10,467 nucleotides of DNA from the NCBI GenBank assembly GCA_046583355.1, contig JAYGCM010000041.1, positions 1 through 10,467 of the forward strand, written 5' to 3'. This stretch comes from Deltaproteobacteria bacterium (GTDB taxonomy: Bacteria; Desulfobacterota; Binatia; UBA12015). Numbering within the stretch: position 1 is the stretch's first letter; each line of letters begins with the position of its first letter. Position numbers and translations under genes: made by a program. A model generated the notes under the pieces. That model saw only the letters and a list, made by a program, of their open reading frames with translations, did no database searches and was not told the DNA's origin. Below, one piece after another: positions 7,689 to 10,467 of the stretch.

Positions 7689-8228
7689 TCAGGCGCCGCG
7701 CAGCATGAAAAAGATGATGACGCCAGTGACGGAGACGTAGAGCCAGATCGGCATAAGGATTCGGGTGACGCGTTTGTGGCGCGTAAACTCGCGCCGATAG
7801 GCGAAGAAGAAGGCTGCCAGGGCACCGGGAACGACCACGGCCGAGAGCAGGATATGCGGAATGAGGATGGCGAAATAAAGCGTGCGCATGAGCCCCTCGC
7901 CTTGGTAGCGCGTGTCGCCGTGCGCCCAATGGTAGGTGAGGTAGCTGACCAGGAAGATTGCGGAGGCGGCGAACGCGGCCACCGCGAGGCGCTTATGCAG
8001 GTGTAGATTGCGCTGCCGGATGGCCCACCAGGCGCCAACCAGGAGCAGCGTCGCGACACCGTTGAGCGTTGCGTTCACCGCCGGAAGGAAGCGCAGGTCG
8101 ACGCCGGACGCGCCGGCTTCGCGGAAGATCAGGATATAGGCGATGAACGCCAATGCGGCCGAGGAGACGACAGCGTTGAAGGCGTAGAAGGAACGGTCCG
8201 AGACGTTTGCCAGCGAGGAATTGGCCAT
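7689..8228 (-). CDS. DUF420 family membrane protein, 179 aa
   Basis: Motifs LPAVNATLN, HKRL, FLVSYLTYH, YFAILIPHILLS, HKRVTR and PIWLYVSVTGVIIF. Start placed at ATG 8228 because the longer ORF overlaps the upstream gene. Confidence 0.9.
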   Translation of the reverse strand: MANSSLANVSDRSFYAFNAVVSSAALAFIAYILIFREAGASGVDLRFLPAVNATLNGVATLLLVGAWWAIRQRNLHLHKRLAVAAFAASAIFLVSYLTYHWAHGDTRYQGEGLMRTLYFAILIPHILLSAVVVPGALAAFFFAYRREFTRHKRVTRILMPIWLYVSVTGVIIFFMLRGA

Positions 8229-8247
8229 GGGAATGTCTAGCAGGCCG

Positions 8248-9312
8248 TCAGCGATGCTGGGAGGCGAGGGCGGCAGATGTGCCGCTGCGACGCACCCAAT
8301 GGATTTCCTCGCCACGGACCGGCGTCGCACGGATGAGTTCGTCGAATTTCACGATCAGGTCTTTGAGCCACGCGCCGCCCTGGGGGTCATCGGCGAGGCC
8401 GGCGGCGATGAAGGTGCGACCGCGGTGCTCGATGAGCGCGCTATCGGCGTGCCAATTGCTCCAGCTGCCGGATTTGCGGTGGACGCGTGCGTCGCCCGTC
8501 ACGGAGTTCATGCCGGCGACGAATTTATGCTGGAGACCGGAGCCAGCGAGAATTTCGCGCATGGCGCGGCTCGCACCGGGGCTCACGAGATCGCCGCGAG
8601 CAAGCATATAGTAAAACCGCGCGATTTGCATCGGTGTGGCGGCGTGGCTGAGGTTCTTGATCGGCTCGCGTCGCCATACACCGCCGGCGCCGTAATTTTT
8701 CCCCGCCCAGAGGCCACCGCCATGACGCGGGTCGTAAAGCCTATACTTGGATGAGGTGAGGATGTTGGCGATATAGGCCTTGCCGACCCGATCCATCAGC
8801 GCGGAGGCGTCGGCATTGGAGGAGAAGCGGATCATGCGGGTGAGCTGCGCGAGGATCGCGTCGTCGTAGGGAAGCTGGTCGGCTTCGATTTGCTCGAAGG
8901 CGGCGAGCAGCACGGCGATCTTGGGCAGGCTGGCTGCATACATCATTTCGTCGGGGTTGATGGCCGCGACCCGAGGGCGCTCTGGGTTGGTCAGGTCCAC
9001 CAAGGCGACACCGAGGCGCTTCTCGGTGGCTTCGTCGTCGAGTTCAAGCTCGGTCAGGATTTTCTCCAACTTATGCTGGAATTCCGGGTCGATCGCTGCC
9101 CAAAGAGGTGCCTTGTCTTGGTATACCGGCTCGAGGAGGAAGGGGGTGGTTTTCTCGGCAGCGGCCCGGGCCGATGTAGTGAGAGGGGTGCCGGCCAAGC
9201 CGCAGGCAAGCACCAGCAGGCCTGTGCCTATCGTCGGCAGGACGACGCGGCGCATTGCCCGCAGGGCTCCTCTGCTTTGCGGGAGACGCGCCTCGAGGCA
9301 GCGGCGGATCAT
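8248..9312 (-). CDS. Exported serine hydrolase of the class A beta-lactamase/PBP-A fold
   Basis: SxxK = AASLPK (Ser codon 8929-8931), SxN = SSN (8815-8823), K(T/S)G = RKSGS (8467-8475). The N-terminus has a signal-like segment. The start is either ATG 9312 (ATGA overlap with the upstream stop) or ATG 9255 (AGGAG 11 nt upstream). Confidence 0.88.
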   Translation of the reverse strand: MIRRCLEARLPQSRGALRAMRRVVLPTIGTGLLVLACGLAGTPLTTSARAAAEKTTPFLLEPVYQDKAPLWAAIDPEFQHKLEKILTELELDDEATEKRLGVALVDLTNPERPRVAAINPDEMMYAASLPKIAVLLAAFEQIEADQLPYDDAILAQLTRMIRFSSNADASALMDRVGKAYIANILTSSKYRLYDPRHGGGLWAGKNYGAGGVWRREPIKNLSHAATPMQIARFYYMLARGDLVSPGASRAMREILAGSGLQHKFVAGMNSVTGDARVHRKSGSWSNWHADSALIEHRGRTFIAAGLADDPQGGAWLKDLIVKFDELIRATPVRGEEIHWVRRSGTSAALASQHR

Positions 9313-10325
9313 GAGTCGCGCGCCCGAGACGCGTTTTCGCGCAGCAGCGGGAGTCGTTCGGCCAGGGCGTTGCGCAGGGACTCTGGCAGGACATTCTCGA
9401 AATACTCGACCGCCGTGCCTCGCATGCGGAGATCGTCCGAGAGCCAGCCGCGCAGCGCTACCTCGACTGCCTCACGGTCCAGGTCCAGGTCCAGGAGGCG
9501 GTCGACTTCCTGGACCTGGGCCAGTGCGTCTTCGGTGGCCGGGTCGACCGCCGCGGAGGTCTGCAGTGAGGCCAATCCTCGCTTCAGGCTCTCTGTCAAC
9601 TGTTCAATATAACCACGATGCAGGCGAGCCACAGTGGCGAAGCCGGCTGCCGCAAGGACGCAGGCGCTGAGGAGAACGATTTTCTCGGCCGCCGCCGGTA
9701 GGAACGCGATCACCAGAAGGATGAAGCCGCCGCCAAGCAGGTCGCCCGTGCGTTGAGCGATCACGTCCACGATCACCTTGGCGGCGCGTTTGCGCGGTGC
9801 GGGCAGCGGGGCATAGAGCAATTCGACCCCGGAGCGAAAAAACGAATTGGCAAGAATGACCTCGGCGCCCTTTGCTGCCACGGTAGTCGAGAGCCTTGCT
9901 GCGGCTGCGGCGATGGCGCCCCCGAGCAGGGCTGCGAACGGCAGTACCGAGATCGTCGCGCCAAGGCCGATGCGGCGCAGCGTCTGGTCTCCGAGGCCGC
10001 GTTGCACGGCGAAGGTCAGCACGCCGGTGATGGTATAGAAGGCGGCGAAAAACGAGACGAGGGTATCGGCGTTGGCGAAATGCCGGGCCGCTTCGACTTT
10101 CATCGCATAATCCAGCAAGGCGCCGAAGCCCGAGGCCAGCGCCACGACCAGGGCGACCTGCTTGAGATAGGCCGAGCGCCGGATGACCGCGAAGCCATGC
10201 GGTAGCCTTTGGCTGCCTTTTTCCAGGCGGTCGGTGCCGCCGAAGTTGAGCAGGACCAGTGCACAGATGGCGTGCAGGGCGGCGAGCACGAGAAACATCG
10301 CGCCGAGGTTGAAGAGCACCGGCTG
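9309..10325 (-). CDS. Npt/TLC (ATP:ADP antiporter AAA family)-like MFS transporter, C-terminal part, 5'-truncated at a compositional break
   Basis: Segments LLDYAMK, FFAAFY, LRRIGLGATISVLP and KGAEVILANSFFRSGVELLYAPLPAPRKRAAKVIVDVIAQRTGDLLGG resemble the C-half of bacterial Npt-like transporters. The tail RGTAVEYFENVLP resembles the end of the HEAT region in longer homologues. Confidence 0.7.
   Translation of the reverse strand, partial: QPVLFNLGAMFLVLAALHAICALVLLNFGGTDRLEKGSQRLPHGFAVIRRSAYLKQVALVVALASGFGALLDYAMKVEAARHFANADTLVSFFAAFYTITGVLTFAVQRGLGDQTLRRIGLGATISVLPFAALLGGAIAAAAARLSTTVAAKGAEVILANSFFRSGVELLYAPLPAPRKRAAKVIVDVIAQRTGDLLGGGFILLVIAFLPAAAEKIVLLSACVLAAAGFATVARLHRGYIEQLTESLKRGLASLQTSAAVDPATEDALAQVQEVDRLLDLDLDREAVEVALRGWLSDDLRMRGTAVEYFENVLPESLRNALAERLPLLRENASRARDS
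9476..9519. repeat. (GGTCCA)x3 tandem repeat overlapping a perfect 12-bp inverted repeat
   Basis: GGTCCA x3 + GG at 9476-9495. CCAGGTCCAGGA (9485-9496) pairs with TCCTGGACCTGG (9508-9519). Confidence 0.75.
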
Positions 10326-10467
10326 TAGGATATTGTGCTTTCTAAGTACAATATAAGGTAAAAACTTCCATGCAAAGAATACATGGAAGACAGGAGAAAA
10401 AAACATGAAAGGGGACATCATTGTTGTTACCAAGAAGTCCGTTGCTCTACTCTTCTAAGACTTTTTC
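10326..10467. other. AT-rich foreign-looking terminal segment (chimeric contig end or insertion)
   Basis: Hand count gives 48 G+C in 137 nt (35%) for 10331-10467, with only one CpG, against the GC- and CpG-rich remainder. It begins abruptly inside the transporter gene. Confidence 0.75.

Noticed and set aside
10326..10433. Genuine N-terminus of the 374-aa transporter ORF
   Set aside because: It lies in the compositionally foreign segment, and about half of the MFS fold would be missing.
1..10467. CRISPR array, IS element, prophage or defence island
   Set aside because: I saw no regularly spaced repeats and no transposase, integrase, phage or defence motifs.

Overview
High-GC bacterial chromosomal window. 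On the + strand: the 3' end of an MFS transporter gene, DNA polymerase II (polB), a ~1000-aa signal-peptide-bearing dikinase-fold protein (phospho-His domain followed by a C-terminal ATP-grasp domain), and a small exported six-Cys protein. On the - strand: a 1-Cys peroxiredoxin and an apparent operon of an Npt/TLC-like nucleotide transporter (5' part missing), a class A beta-lactamase/PBP-A-like serine hydrolase and a DUF420 membrane protein. The gap at 7111-7688 holds a collapsed putA pseudogene that the ORF track misses: its N- and C-terminal coding segments are joined out of frame. The last ~140 bp are AT-rich and CpG-poor and look foreign. The most interesting hypothesis is an extracytoplasmic ATP-dependent phosphorylation module made of the exported dikinase, the nucleotide translocase-like transporter and the exported penicillin-binding-fold enzyme. 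All family assignments come from motif recognition by eye; no searches were run.
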